From Candidatus Saccharimonadota bacterium (lineage in GTDB: Bacteria > Patescibacteriota > Saccharimonadia > Saccharimonadales > Saccharimonadaceae), in the NCBI GenBank assembly GCA_000503915.1, contig CP006915.1:240001-272000 (forward strand): a stretch of DNA of 32,000 bases, written 5' to 3'. Position 1 is the stretch's first letter. Every line of letters begins with the position of its first letter. Positions 6,608 to 16,343 of the stretch are shown here, one piece after another. A program made the position numbers and the translations under genes. A model generated the notes under the pieces. That model was not told the origin of the DNA, did not search any database, and saw only the letters and a list, made by a program, of their open reading frames with translations.

Positions 6608-8414
6608 CACTCTTGGCGAGATTACGCGGTTGATCAACATCATTCCCTCGTGCAACAGCGGTGTAGTATGCAAATAGCTGCGAAATGACGTTGAAGAGCA
6701 GCGGCGTGAGAAGCTCAAGGCGCGAACTAATCTTAATCTCTGTCTCTGTTTCAACGACATTATCACTATTTGTCACTGCAATGATATGTCCGCCACGAGT
6801 TTTTACCTCGGTGACATTGCTTATCATTTTATCGATCAGCCAGTGCTTATCAATAAATGCTACTTCAAAAAACCTGTCATCAATCAGTGCGATTGAACCG
6901 TGCTTAAGTTCGCCCGCCGCCTGACCTTCGGCATGAACATAGCTAGTCTCCTTAAGTTTGAGAGCACCCTCAAGAGCCGTGGGATAAAACGGCCCTCGAC
7001 CCAAATAAATAGCATGGTCATACTTTTCGTACTGTTTGGCAACCCTCTTCACTTCATCCGGCAGCTCCTGAAGCAACCGTTCAATTTCATCCGGTAAGGC
7101 ATCAAGCTCATCAATATACCTCGCCAGTTCACGCGGCGCCAGCCCTTTAGTCTGTGCCATAACAAGACCAATTAATAGCAAAGCAGTTACCTGCGATGTA
7201 AAGGCCTTTGTACTCGCCACCGATATTTCTGGCCCAGCATGCACATACACACCACCATCAACCTCGCGAGCAATCGTCGAACCAACAGCATTAATAACCC
7301 CTATACAGCGTACTCCTCGGCGTTTCATTTCTTTCAAGCACGCCAGTGTATCAGCCGTCTCTCCCGACTGCGAAACAAAAAGGGCAAGAGAATCATCCGG
7401 CACGTTGACATGGCGATAGCGAAATTCCGACGCCACTTCGACGTGCACTGTGATATCGTCCATCAAATCCTCTAGGTAGTATGACGCGACCATTCCGGCA
7501 TACGATGCCGTACCACAAGCAATGATAAAAATATGCTTGACCGACCGAAGCTCATCGTCACTCATATTGAGGCCGCCGAGCCGTAAGACGCTCGACTCTT
7601 TAATAACACGGCCTCGAAGCGTTGAGCGCAGGCTCTCGGGCTGCTCCATAATCTCCTTGAGCAGGTAGTGGTCATAGCCGCCTTTCTGAATTGCCTGCAA
7701 GTCACCCTCGATTGTCTCGACCTTAGCCGAAACAGGCTGCGAAGCCAAGTCACGCACATCGACATCTCCTGCCGTACAGACTGCCAGCTCGCCGTCGTTC
7801 AGATAAATTACCTGCTTTGTGTAGGCCATGATGGCTGCCGCGTCGCTTGCGATAAATGTTTCACCTTCACTTATGCCAATCAGCAGTGGGCTACCGAGTC
7901 GAGCAGCTACGATTTTACCCGGCTCCTTCGGGCTCATGACGGCAATACCATACGTCCCTGTCACAACCTTCAGCGCTTGTGTCACGGCATTTTCCAACTT
8001 AACGTCCTCTCGCTGATAAAGGTCATTGATCAAGGCCGCTAAAACTTCAGAATCTGTCTCGGTCTGAAATGTCACGTCTGGTAGTTCAGCCTTAATCTCT
8101 CTATAATTTTCGATGATGCCGTTATGCACCAGATAGATGTCACCAGAGTGGTGTGGATGGGCATTTGTTTCACTCGGTACGCCATGGGTCGCCCAGCGTG
8201 TATGACCAATGCCGACCGTTGCATCTGAGGGCTGCCGTCTTACTAGCTCCGCTAGCTTCTCAACCTTACCCGTGGCTCTGAGCCGTTGTGGGTCACCACC
8301 ATCAAATGTAACCACACCAGCCGAGTCATAGCCACGGTACTCAAGTCGTTTGAGGCCATTCACCAATACCTCTTGTGCATTCCGGTGGCCAATATACCCT
8401 ACGATGCCACACAT
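6594..8414 (-). CDS. glmS: Glutamine--fructose-6-phosphate aminotransferase
   Basis: 606-aa ORF with an MCGIVGYIG N-terminal nucleophile, two SIS domains and the C-terminal end DQPRNLAKSVTVE. Confidence 0.95.
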   Translation of the reverse strand: MCGIVGYIGHRNAQEVLVNGLKRLEYRGYDSAGVVTFDGGDPQRLRATGKVEKLAELVRRQPSDATVGIGHTRWATHGVPSETNAHPHHSGDIYLVHNGIIENYREIKAELPDVTFQTETDSEVLAALINDLYQREDVKLENAVTQALKVVTGTYGIAVMSPKEPGKIVAARLGSPLLIGISEGETFIASDAAAIMAYTKQVIYLNDGELAVCTAGDVDVRDLASQPVSAKVETIEGDLQAIQKGGYDHYLLKEIMEQPESLRSTLRGRVIKESSVLRLGGLNMSDDELRSVKHIFIIACGTASYAGMVASYYLEDLMDDITVHVEVASEFRYRHVNVPDDSLALFVSQSGETADTLACLKEMKRRGVRCIGVINAVGSTIAREVDGGVYVHAGPEISVASTKAFTSQVTALLLIGLVMAQTKGLAPRELARYIDELDALPDEIERLLQELPDEVKRVAKQYEKYDHAIYLGRGPFYPTALEGALKLKETSYVHAEGQAAGELKHGSIALIDDRFFEVAFIDKHWLIDKMISNVTEVKTRGGHIIAVTNSDNVVETETEIKISSRLELLTPLLFNVISQLFAYYTAVARGNDVDQPRNLAKSVTVE

Positions 8415-8425
8415 AAACCAAACTC

Positions 8426-9466
8426 CTATTCTTGTAGTTTTTTAGCAACTTCGCCCACTCTATGGCTGACGTCTTTTCGCGCCACTAAGATACCGTCCTT
8501 AGTGTTGACGACAACGACATTGTCGAGACCAATCACTGCTAGGGGCTTGTCTTCTTCATTACGTATGTAGGCATTCTCCAGTTCAATGTCATGGATATTA
8601 CTACCGTGCAGATAATTTGCTTTTTCGTCTTTTTGGTTGGCTTCATGAAGATCATTGAAGCTTCCAACGTCCATCCAGTCAAAGCTTGCTGGTACCACGA
8701 CAAGAGCTTTCGATTTTTCGATAAGCGCCACGTCGATTACCTCATTGATAAACCCAAGGTAGGTCGCCTTATAGTCATCACTTGTTGGGTCATCAATATC
8801 TAAAAGTGCATCATAATTCTGTTTTAACTCTGTGGCACATGCTTCCATCTCCTGGAGGAAAGTATTCACCGAACCGACAAAGTACCCGCAGTTCCACAGG
8901 TAACGCCCACTTTCCATATATCCCTTAGCTGTAGTAAAGTCAGGCTTTTCCTTGAAGCTCTCAACATTATAAATCAGCTGGCCATCGCCAATTGCGCCGT
9001 CTCGCTCAATGTATCCGAAGCCTGTCGCCGGATACGTCGGCTCAATACCAATAAGTGCAATGCTGTTATATTTCTGCGAGGCTTCGGCGGCAATCTCAAA
9101 TGAATGTACAAACCCTTCTACGTCTCGAATATGGTGATCCGCATGTATAAAAGCAACCGGCTCATTATGGTCGTGACGCTTTGCCACATGAGCAAGTGCC
9201 GCTACGATACAGTTGGCTGTACCTCTTCGTCCTGGTTCAACGACAAAATGATCCTCATCAAGCTCGGGAAGCTGCGCCTTTAGCGCCTCAGCGTGGCTGA
9301 TGTCTGGGACGACGTAAACGTCTTTCGATAAGTGCTTTGCCCTGTCGTAGGTCATCTGCACCATTGATCGATCGCTTGTAAGATTCAAAAGTTGTTTTGG
9401 GTTGGTTTGGGTTGAGAGCGGCCACAGGCGCGTCCCCGACCCTCCGGCGATAATAACGGTAATCAT
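8426..9466 (-). CDS. manC: Mannose-1-phosphate guanylyltransferase (short form, nucleotidyltransferase only)
   Basis: MITVIIAGGSGTRLWPLS is the signature NTP-transferase N-terminus. The length (346 aa) and overall pattern fit GDP-mannose pyrophosphorylases. Confidence 0.8.
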   Translation of the reverse strand: MITVIIAGGSGTRLWPLSTQTNPKQLLNLTSDRSMVQMTYDRAKHLSKDVYVVPDISHAEALKAQLPELDEDHFVVEPGRRGTANCIVAALAHVAKRHDHNEPVAFIHADHHIRDVEGFVHSFEIAAEASQKYNSIALIGIEPTYPATGFGYIERDGAIGDGQLIYNVESFKEKPDFTTAKGYMESGRYLWNCGYFVGSVNTFLQEMEACATELKQNYDALLDIDDPTSDDYKATYLGFINEVIDVALIEKSKALVVVPASFDWMDVGSFNDLHEANQKDEKANYLHGSNIHDIELENAYIRNEEDKPLAVIGLDNVVVVNTKDGILVARKDVSHRVGEVAKKLQE

Positions 9467-9472
9467 AGCCCC

Positions 9473-9508
9473 TATTATATCATTCTAAAATTCCGATATG
9501 TCGTATAA
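9473..9508. promoter_or_regulatory. Divergent -10 elements for the manC-glmS and ugd units
   Basis: TATAAT at 9503-9508 (+) lies 6 nt before GTG 9515. TATAAT on the minus strand (9478..9473) lies 6 nt before ATG 9466. No Shine-Dalgarno (SD) sequence is seen, so both look leaderless. Confidence 0.45.
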
Positions 9509-9514
9509 TAGACG

Positions 9515-10867
9515 GTGATGAATTCACCTTCTACTATTACCGTCCTCGGTGCTGGCTATGTTGGCCTCACCACCGCCGCGCTTTTAGCTCATGCTGGCTA
9601 CAAAGTATACGCTATCGAACCCAACCCAAAACGACTTGCTGTTATCAAGCAGGGTCGGTCATTCTTTTTTGAAGAAGGACTTGACCCGATCATCAAGGCG
9701 GCGATCGATGCCGGCAACTTTGTTGCGACCGATTCTTACCAAGAAAGTGTTCCTGAAAGTGACGTTGTTTTTTCGAGCGTTGGCACGCCCGATAACCCGG
9801 ACGGTAGCTCCAACCTGTCTTACGTCTTCAGCGCAGCCAAAGAAGCCGCTTCCTACATGAAAAATGGCGCTATCTACGTCCAAAAGAGTACCGTACCGGT
9901 CGGTACCGGTCGCAAAGTCCAGGCTTTATTCCAGGAGATGGGCAAGCATTTCGCCTACGTCTCCAACCCCGAGTTCCTTCGTGAGGGTACGGCACTTTAT
10001 GACACGCTCTATTTTGATCGCGTTGTTGCTGGAGGTGACGACGAGCAAGCGGTCGAAGCCATCCTCGCTATTTATCGTCAGCTCGAGGAACACCGTGATG
10101 AGATCGCATCGCAGGCAGGCGTCACACCAAATCCGCGTAAAGGTAAATACATCGCCACCAGTCTCAATAGTGCCGAGCTCATCAAAGTGACAGCAAATGC
10201 CTTCCTGGCGCTCAAAATATCCTTTGCCAACTCCATCGCCCAGCTAGCCGATAAAGTCGACGCCAACGTCGTCGAGGTCATGGACGCCGTTGGAGCAGAC
10301 GAACGCATCGGTCGTGCCTTCCTCAACGCTGGCCGCGGGTATGGCGGCGGTTGTTTCCCAAAAGACGTCAGCGGCTTAATCGCCAGCGGCCTGGAGAATG
10401 GTGTCGATCTCGAGATCATGCAATCCGCACAGCGTACCAATAGCACTATGCCTGGCTACATCGTCGAAAAACTCAAAAAATCACTTGGCGAATTGAATGG
10501 CAGGAAGATCGCCGTACTTGGCCTGGCTTTCAAGGCAGGTACCAGCGACGTACGGAAGTCTCCCGGTATGGCAATGGTACGACTACTTCATACGGCTGGA
10601 GCAACAGTACTCGCCCACGATCCTCAAGCCGCAGAAGAAGCTTGTGAAGCCTACGATGATGCGCTCGACATTCGACCGTCTATTTCCGAAACGATCGAAG
10701 CAGCTGACGCGGTGATCGTAGCGACCGAATGGGATGAGTATCGTCAGTTATTACCAGAGAGCTTCAAAGCTCCCATGGCCGGCACCACTATTGTCGATGC
10801 CGTCAACATCCTGGATAAAAATGCACTGACAAGTGCCGGTCTGACATACCTCGGCGTCGGCCGTTAA
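9515..10867 (+). CDS. ugd: UDP-glucose 6-dehydrogenase family protein
   Basis: ITVLGAGYVGLTTAALLA is the NAD-binding fold, and GYGGGCFPKD contains the catalytic Cys motif. The ORF is 450 aa. The start is GTG 9515 or ATG 9518. Confidence 0.85.
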   Translation: MMNSPSTITVLGAGYVGLTTAALLAHAGYKVYAIEPNPKRLAVIKQGRSFFFEEGLDPIIKAAIDAGNFVATDSYQESVPESDVVFSSVGTPDNPDGSSNLSYVFSAAKEAASYMKNGAIYVQKSTVPVGTGRKVQALFQEMGKHFAYVSNPEFLREGTALYDTLYFDRVVAGGDDEQAVEAILAIYRQLEEHRDEIASQAGVTPNPRKGKYIATSLNSAELIKVTANAFLALKISFANSIAQLADKVDANVVEVMDAVGADERIGRAFLNAGRGYGGGCFPKDVSGLIASGLENGVDLEIMQSAQRTNSTMPGYIVEKLKKSLGELNGRKIAVLGLAFKAGTSDVRKSPGMAMVRLLHTAGATVLAHDPQAAEEACEAYDDALDIRPSISETIEAADAVIVATEWDEYRQLLPESFKAPMAGTTIVDAVNILDKNALTSAGLTYLGVGR

Positions 10868-10870
10868 TCT

Positions 10871-10880
10871 TTGTTATAAT
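10871..10880 (+). promoter_or_regulatory. Extended -10 promoter motif TTGTTATAAT (copy 1)
   Basis: The exact TGTTATAAT string recurs at 11021-11029 and 21645-21653. Confidence 0.4.
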
Positions 10881-11019
10881 AGTAGCGACGAGAGAGGATA
10901 GTGAGTCCATTAATCATCTTCCGAGTGCGGCCTATTTCAACGTCAACTAAAAATCAGACTATTGAAACATCGGGTCGTCTCAGCAATAAAAGCAAGCTTT
11001 CGCTACATTCGCTTTGCCA

Positions 11020-11029
11020 ATGTTATAAT
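11020..11029 (+). promoter_or_regulatory. Extended -10 promoter motif ATGTTATAAT (copy 2)
   Basis: TATAAT ends 11 nt before ATG 11041. Confidence 0.45.
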
Positions 11030-11040
11030 AAGCCTAGTTT

Positions 11041-11994
11041 ATGAAAGTTTTTATCCAAATCCCCTGCTACAACGAAGAAGCAACGTTGCCACTTGTCTTT
11101 GAGACCATGCCAAAGGAGCTACCCGGCGTTGACAAGGTCGAGTGGCTCATCATTGACGACGGCTCAAATGACAAAACAGTCGAAGTAGCGAAGAAGCTTG
11201 GTGTCAAGCACTTCGTCTATCACCGCCGCAACATGGGGCTGGCACGCAGCTTCCGGGACGGCATTGACTACGCGCTGCGCCACGGCGCCGATATCGTCGT
11301 CAATACCGATGGCGACAACCAATACCCTCAAGACCGCATCGCCGATCTTATTAAACCAATTGTCGACGGCAAGGCCGATATCGTCATCGGCGACCGCCAG
11401 ACCAGTAAGATTGCTCATTTCTCAGGCTTCAAGAAGCTTATGCAACGTTTTGGCAGTTGGGTAGTGAACCAAGCGGCCGGTACCGACCTACCTGACGCAG
11501 CTAGCGGTTTTCGCGCCTATTCGCGTCAATCGCTCTATCGCCTCAATATAGTCACGCAGTTTAGCTACTGTATGGAGACGATCATTCAAGCCGGTAATAA
11601 GCGCCTGCGCATTGTCAGCGTTCCGATCGAAACCAACAAAAAGACACGTGAGTCGCGCCTTTTCAAGAATATTTGGCAGCACATGTTCAAATCCGGCCAG
11701 GCGATCATGCGCAGCTTTGTCATGTTCAAGCCGCACGTGATCTTCGTCACTCTCGGTACCATCTTCCTAATTCTTGGTCTTATTCCGTTCGTGCGCTTCC
11801 TCATCTTTGCGCTTATTGGCGAGGGTGAAGGCCATCTGCAGTCGCTGATCTTTGGTAGCTCTATGCTGGTAGGCTCCCTTCTCTCCTTTGCGTTGCTCGT
11901 CATTGCAGACTTGCAAAAAACCAACCGCATCCTGCTCGAGGATCAATTGGAGCGCATCAAAGAAATTCAGTACAACACCGAAAAACGTAACTAA
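11041..11994 (+). CDS. GT2 polyprenyl-phosphate glycosyltransferase (GtrB/ArnC/DPM1-like) with C-terminal TM helices
   Basis: The ORF has IQIPCYNEEATLP, WLIIDDGSNDKT and NTDGDNQYP motifs. Two C-terminal hydrophobic helices are present (VIFVTLGTIFLILGLIPFV and LVGSLLSFALLVIADL). Confidence 0.8.
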   Translation: MKVFIQIPCYNEEATLPLVFETMPKELPGVDKVEWLIIDDGSNDKTVEVAKKLGVKHFVYHRRNMGLARSFRDGIDYALRHGADIVVNTDGDNQYPQDRIADLIKPIVDGKADIVIGDRQTSKIAHFSGFKKLMQRFGSWVVNQAAGTDLPDAASGFRAYSRQSLYRLNIVTQFSYCMETIIQAGNKRLRIVSVPIETNKKTRESRLFKNIWQHMFKSGQAIMRSFVMFKPHVIFVTLGTIFLILGLIPFVRFLIFALIGEGEGHLQSLIFGSSMLVGSLLSFALLVIADLQKTNRILLEDQLERIKEIQYNTEKRN

Positions 11995-12017
11995 CCCATG
12001 CAGGCAATCAAACCATT

Positions 12018-13358
12018 GTGTTACGACGAATAAACTCTCTCACAAAAACAGGTGACGCCAATTTTGCCGAGATTATTTCGCACACCTTTTGGGCCGTATT
12101 GATGCTAGGCGGAGCCACCGTGCTCCAATTCGTCTTTGACCTCATCTTGACCCACAGCTACGGCGCGCATGGCGCTGGTGTTTTTTACTTGGGCTTTTCC
12201 GTTTTGATGGTGCTGGCTCTGATCGGACGCCTCGGTCTAGACCAGGCGGTCGTGCGATTTATACCTCCGTTACTTAAAATTAACCCTGGCGCAGCTAGTG
12301 GTGTACGAAGAGCAGCAGTTGAGCTTTCGCTACTGCTTACTATCCCTCTGGCTATCGGACTTTTTGTCGCCGCTCCTTGGCTGGCCACGGAAGTATTCCA
12401 TTCTGACGAGCTCACCATATACTTACGTATATTTGCGCTGGCCGTTCCTCCCTTTTCTCTCATGTATGTTTTTAGTGGTACGCTACGCTCGATGAAACAT
12501 ACCCGCGCGGCATTGTCGATAGAACGTGCCGGCATGTACACTTTTGGTATCTTAGCAATTATCACGCTGGGGCGACTCTACGGATTAGGCGGACTGGTTA
12601 GCGGCTTCGTCGTAGGCTTATTCCTCACCGCAATACTTGGAGCTCTCCATATTCATCGCTACATGCCTCGCTTCAAACAGCTCATCCCATTCAGCAGAAA
12701 GCAGCTCCTCATCGTTTCTGCTCCACTTCTCTTTGTCGCTTTTGCTACGCAAATGAACGGCCAAGCGAGCGTACTCATACTTGGAGCGGTGTCCGACAAT
12801 GCTTCGGTGGGCATCTTTAATATCGCCCTCAAAGTATCGATGCTGATGTCACTCATTCTCGCTGCCGTAAATGTTATTGCCGCCACTAAGATATCGGAGC
12901 TCTACAGCGCAAAGCAAAAAGAAGAGCTCGATATTATGATCAGTAAAATCAGCGCGCTTGGTACGGCCGTCGGACTTCCACTTTTTATTTTTATGTCTGT
13001 GTTCTCAACATTCTTGCTCGGACTGTTTGGCCACGAGTTTAAAGCCGGCGCGCTGGCCTTGATTATCCTCACGGCCGGACAATTCGTAAACGTCGCTGTC
13101 GGCTCGACAAACTATATACTGGCGATGACAGGCCACGAAAAAGCCCTCTCTATCGCCGTTGGCTTGTCTCTACTCCTAAATATTATTCTTGGCCTAGTGC
13201 TGATTCCACCGCTTGGCGTGCTGGGAGCAAGCATCAGCGCCTCAGCTGCTATGATAAGCGGCAATATCATTATGGTTGTGATGGTAAAGAAATACCTCGA
13301 CGTCTGGCCGCTGCCATTCAAATATATGGCGAAGTGGATAAAAGCTGTCAGCCTATAG
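12018..13358 (+). CDS. wzx: Wzx-type polysaccharide flippase (MOP superfamily)
   Basis: 446-aa ORF, hydrophobic throughout with about 12-14 helices. It has typical Polysacc_synt family spacing and a GTG start. Confidence 0.75.
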   Translation: MLRRINSLTKTGDANFAEIISHTFWAVLMLGGATVLQFVFDLILTHSYGAHGAGVFYLGFSVLMVLALIGRLGLDQAVVRFIPPLLKINPGAASGVRRAAVELSLLLTIPLAIGLFVAAPWLATEVFHSDELTIYLRIFALAVPPFSLMYVFSGTLRSMKHTRAALSIERAGMYTFGILAIITLGRLYGLGGLVSGFVVGLFLTAILGALHIHRYMPRFKQLIPFSRKQLLIVSAPLLFVAFATQMNGQASVLILGAVSDNASVGIFNIALKVSMLMSLILAAVNVIAATKISELYSAKQKEELDIMISKISALGTAVGLPLFIFMSVFSTFLLGLFGHEFKAGALALIILTAGQFVNVAVGSTNYILAMTGHEKALSIAVGLSLLLNIILGLVLIPPLGVLGASISASAAMISGNIIMVVMVKKYLDVWPLPFKYMAKWIKAVSL

Positions 13359-13412
13359 GGAAAGAGTAGGTGAAGAAGGCAGCAACCCAGAAGTCGGCAA
13401 AATCCGCTTTGT

Positions 13413-14549
13413 TCAGCGTTTTGCTATTTCAGCTGATATTTTTTTGAAGGCTTCTTGATTATGTTTCATCGTCTTATTCCACCCTTCGTAGATAGCAGCT
13501 TCTCGAACATTGTGCGAAGACGCCACCTTGGTCATGTGCTCGAAGAAGGTCAAATCTTTGTATTCAGCAATGCTCGCCATGGCATCCGACTGCCCCATTT
13601 TCTCTGTAAAACTGCCGACTTTTGGCGAATAATTAACTGCCACAAATGCTTTCGATGCTACAGCGGCTAAGATAAGGGAATGAAGCCGTATACCGAATAG
13701 GAACTTTGCTTTTGCGATAGTGTTTAGATATTCCTCAGTCGATAGATTCCAGGCAGGCTCAATACAACGATCGGTATTTTCCATATTGACCAAGACATCC
13801 TTCGTCATCTGTTGATCCTCCACGTCATAGAAAGAAACAAATTGCAATTTATCTTTCTTATTAGCGGCCAGGTAATGGTCAAAGTTGTCCGCCAAACCCT
13901 TAACAAGTTCTTTGTACTTTCGACTCTTAAACCCCTTGGCATTCATTTTCCTTGCAATAGAGGCAGGCAATATGGGTAAGCTAAAATACCACTGGCGAAG
14001 GGAGACGGCTACTATAGTTGAGTTCTTTACCGATGCAGCTGCTTTCTCTCCGACAGGGTAGTTAAGAACTGGGTCGTGATAGGCTTCAACCTCAATGTCG
14101 CAGATGCTTTTGAGTAACTTTCTGGACTTTTCATCCCTGACTATCGCCAGCGCAATAGTATCGCTCACTCTTGAAAGGAGCAGCCGACTGATTCGATGCT
14201 TTAGCGGACCGACGCCGACAAACGCTAGTACTACCGGTACCTTGCGCCATTTTGCGATATACAACTGGTAGAGATAATAAAATATATTTAATATGCTCGA
14301 TTGATCTTGGATAATCCCGCCGCCGCCCATTACCACAATGTCGGCATGTTTGATTGCTCGGTAAACCTTAATGAGATTTTTTGCGTATATCGCTTTTACG
14401 CCCTTTGCCTGAGTGGCTTTTGGGCTCACACTGAGAGCGCTAACTTCTGCCTGGCCGAAGTCGACATTCGCCAGAATCGATTCAAAAATTGCTTCATCCC
14501 CAAGGTTATCGCTGCCAATAAAGGCACTGATGAGAACACGTTTCGCCAT
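13413..14549 (-). CDS. Polysaccharide pyruvyl transferase (CsaB/WcaK family)
   Basis: The N-terminus RVLISAFIGSDNLGDEAIFESI and the VVMGGGGIIQD motif are characteristic of PS_pyruv_trans proteins. Confidence 0.75.
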   Translation of the reverse strand: MAKRVLISAFIGSDNLGDEAIFESILANVDFGQAEVSALSVSPKATQAKGVKAIYAKNLIKVYRAIKHADIVVMGGGGIIQDQSSILNIFYYLYQLYIAKWRKVPVVLAFVGVGPLKHRISRLLLSRVSDTIALAIVRDEKSRKLLKSICDIEVEAYHDPVLNYPVGEKAAASVKNSTIVAVSLRQWYFSLPILPASIARKMNAKGFKSRKYKELVKGLADNFDHYLAANKKDKLQFVSFYDVEDQQMTKDVLVNMENTDRCIEPAWNLSTEEYLNTIAKAKFLFGIRLHSLILAAVASKAFVAVNYSPKVGSFTEKMGQSDAMASIAEYKDLTFFEHMTKVASSHNVREAAIYEGWNKTMKHNQEAFKKISAEIAKR

Positions 14550-14554
14550 GCGCG

Positions 14555-15643
14555 CTATTGTCCGAATTCCTTGATACTGTCAACAATGATCTTTGATGGG
14601 TATACTTTTTCTTTGACCGGAGAGTGTTGGTAACGCTTGTAGTCATCGATAAACGATTTAGCGGTCTCAAAGTCAAGCTTTGAGAGAAGTGCTGTCTTCC
14701 CTAAGCCTTCTTTGCGCTCCGTCTCATTCCTCAGTAGTAGCGTTGGCTTCCCCAGATGATACAGCTCCTCTTGGTTGCCGCCGCCATCGGTCATGACAAA
14801 CTCGCTTTCCACAATCGCCTTTAGGTAATTCTCATACTCCAAGCGGGGCATAAGGATAAAGTTCTTGTTCGATTCGATACGTTGGCGAAAGCCAAGTTTG
14901 TCGATTTGCCCTTCAGTGACCGGGTGTTGTGGCATGATGACTTTATATTTTTTAGCGGCGTACTCGGCAATAGTAAGAATTTTCTCAAAACGCTGTTTGT
15001 TGTAAAGATTTTCGAAGCGATGCGTACTGAGAACGACAAATTTTGTTTTTGGCAGCGTAATGGTCGCCTTCTCCAGATTCTCCAGCCCGTAGCGAAGCAC
15101 GTCCATCTGTGTGTTCTGTAAGGTATTTATTTTTACTCCCTTAAATTTCTGCACATTGCCAAGAGCCCAATCGCCAGGACAGGCGTAGTAATTACTAAGC
15201 CGAAAAGTTATCAATCGGTTTATCTCTTCTGGGAAAGGATTGAAAATGTTAAAACTACGCAGCCCCGACTCCACGTGCATCACGTTGGTACGCGTTAGCC
15301 TACCGATTAGTGCACCAAATACTGTCGTGTTCGTGTCACCGTGCGTCAGTACTATATGCTTCTTACCGGTGTAGCCGGCCAAGATTTTTTTACTATGCAC
15401 TAGACCCAGCGTCATCTTCCACATCCAGTACAGGAACTTGGATATTGTTTTTGCTTCCGTATCCCAGTCAACCACCGTGTAGTCGGCCGGTGGCAAACCA
15501 AAGAATTTCAACGTCTGGTCAAAGGTGTCCCTGTGCTGCGCCGCATAAACCCAGCGCCACTCCAAGCCTCGTTTTTCACACTCGAGCATGGCTGGAGTCA
15601 TCTTAAACAGCTGTGCACGTGTACCGATAATAAAGTGAATCAT
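14555..15643 (-). CDS. UDP-N-acetylglucosamine 2-epimerase-like protein
   Basis: MIHFIIGTRAQLFKMTP matches the GTRPE-IK-like N-terminus. HGDTNTT and MHVESGLRS match the conserved Epimerase_2 family blocks. Confidence 0.65.
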   Translation of the reverse strand: MIHFIIGTRAQLFKMTPAMLECEKRGLEWRWVYAAQHRDTFDQTLKFFGLPPADYTVVDWDTEAKTISKFLYWMWKMTLGLVHSKKILAGYTGKKHIVLTHGDTNTTVFGALIGRLTRTNVMHVESGLRSFNIFNPFPEEINRLITFRLSNYYACPGDWALGNVQKFKGVKINTLQNTQMDVLRYGLENLEKATITLPKTKFVVLSTHRFENLYNKQRFEKILTIAEYAAKKYKVIMPQHPVTEGQIDKLGFRQRIESNKNFILMPRLEYENYLKAIVESEFVMTDGGGNQEELYHLGKPTLLLRNETERKEGLGKTALLSKLDFETAKSFIDDYKRYQHSPVKEKVYPSKIIVDSIKEFGQ

Positions 15644-15657
15644 CCGCTCTTAGACTC

Positions 15658-16305
15658 CTATTTTTGCGCTATAACCCGTATGAAATGATAGTCCGTATCC
15701 TCAAACGGCGCATAGCCCTTATCTTCGTCCGCCTCTAAAATCGTAAAACCGGCAGCATCAACTTCTTTCTTGAACTCCTCAAAGTCAACGAACCGTCGGT
15801 AGTGGCTATCATAAATAAAGGCATCAAGTTCGCCTTCGACAGGCTCACCCTTTTTGTATAGCTCATTCTTTTGACCTCTTGTTTCGATACAAAGGTAGCC
15901 ACCTTCAGCAAGGTTACGGTAGCTCCAATCTAGCGTCCTTGCCTGCCCATCCGCATCCACGGAATGAAGCGTAAAGCGCGAGTACACGATGTCAAAAGGC
16001 GAGGCCTCCTCGGGAAGGCGCGTAAAATCGCCAGCCTCATAAACGGGATTTTCCAGGCGTGCTTCCTCTTCATCTTGTTGTATTGCTTCAATTTCAGGAC
16101 GGCATAAATCCACCGCCGTGACAGCTAGTTGCCGTGATGCGAAAAAACGTGCATCTCTGCCATTGCCGCAGCCTAGCTCAATTACGCCGAGTCCTGGACT
16201 AGCAAATTTCTTGACGACGTACTGCGCAAACCTCGATGGCTCTTCTGGTGCAGCGCCTGACTGATAGTACTCCGCCCAATATGCTTCATCTGATTTTCTA
16301 CTCAT
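15658..16305 (-). CDS. Class I SAM-dependent methyltransferase
   Basis: VIELGCGNGRDARFFA is SAM-binding motif I. The ORF is 215 aa. Confidence 0.75.
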   Translation of the reverse strand: MSRKSDEAYWAEYYQSGAAPEEPSRFAQYVVKKFASPGLGVIELGCGNGRDARFFASRQLAVTAVDLCRPEIEAIQQDEEEARLENPVYEAGDFTRLPEEASPFDIVYSRFTLHSVDADGQARTLDWSYRNLAEGGYLCIETRGQKNELYKKGEPVEGELDAFIYDSHYRRFVDFEEFKKEVDAAGFTILEADEDKGYAPFEDTDYHFIRVIAQK

Positions 16306-16343
16306 AAAGAGTATCTTATCACATTTCCACCTCTTATGGGAGT

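Noticed and set aside
7668-8042. 124-aa antisense ORF inside glmS, with others at 6685-6924, 7239-7475 and 7828-8016
   Set aside because: glmS is unambiguous over its full length, so these are chance open frames on the opposite strand.
8415-8425. Searched for a glmS ribozyme/riboswitch upstream of glmS
   Set aside because: Only 11 nt separate the glmS start from the manC stop. There is no space for a ribozyme of roughly 150 nt or more, so glmS appears co-transcribed with manC.
10078-10446. 122-aa antisense ORF inside ugd
   Set aside because: This GC-rich region keeps antisense frames open. The product is Ala/Ser/Pro/Arg-rich with no motifs.
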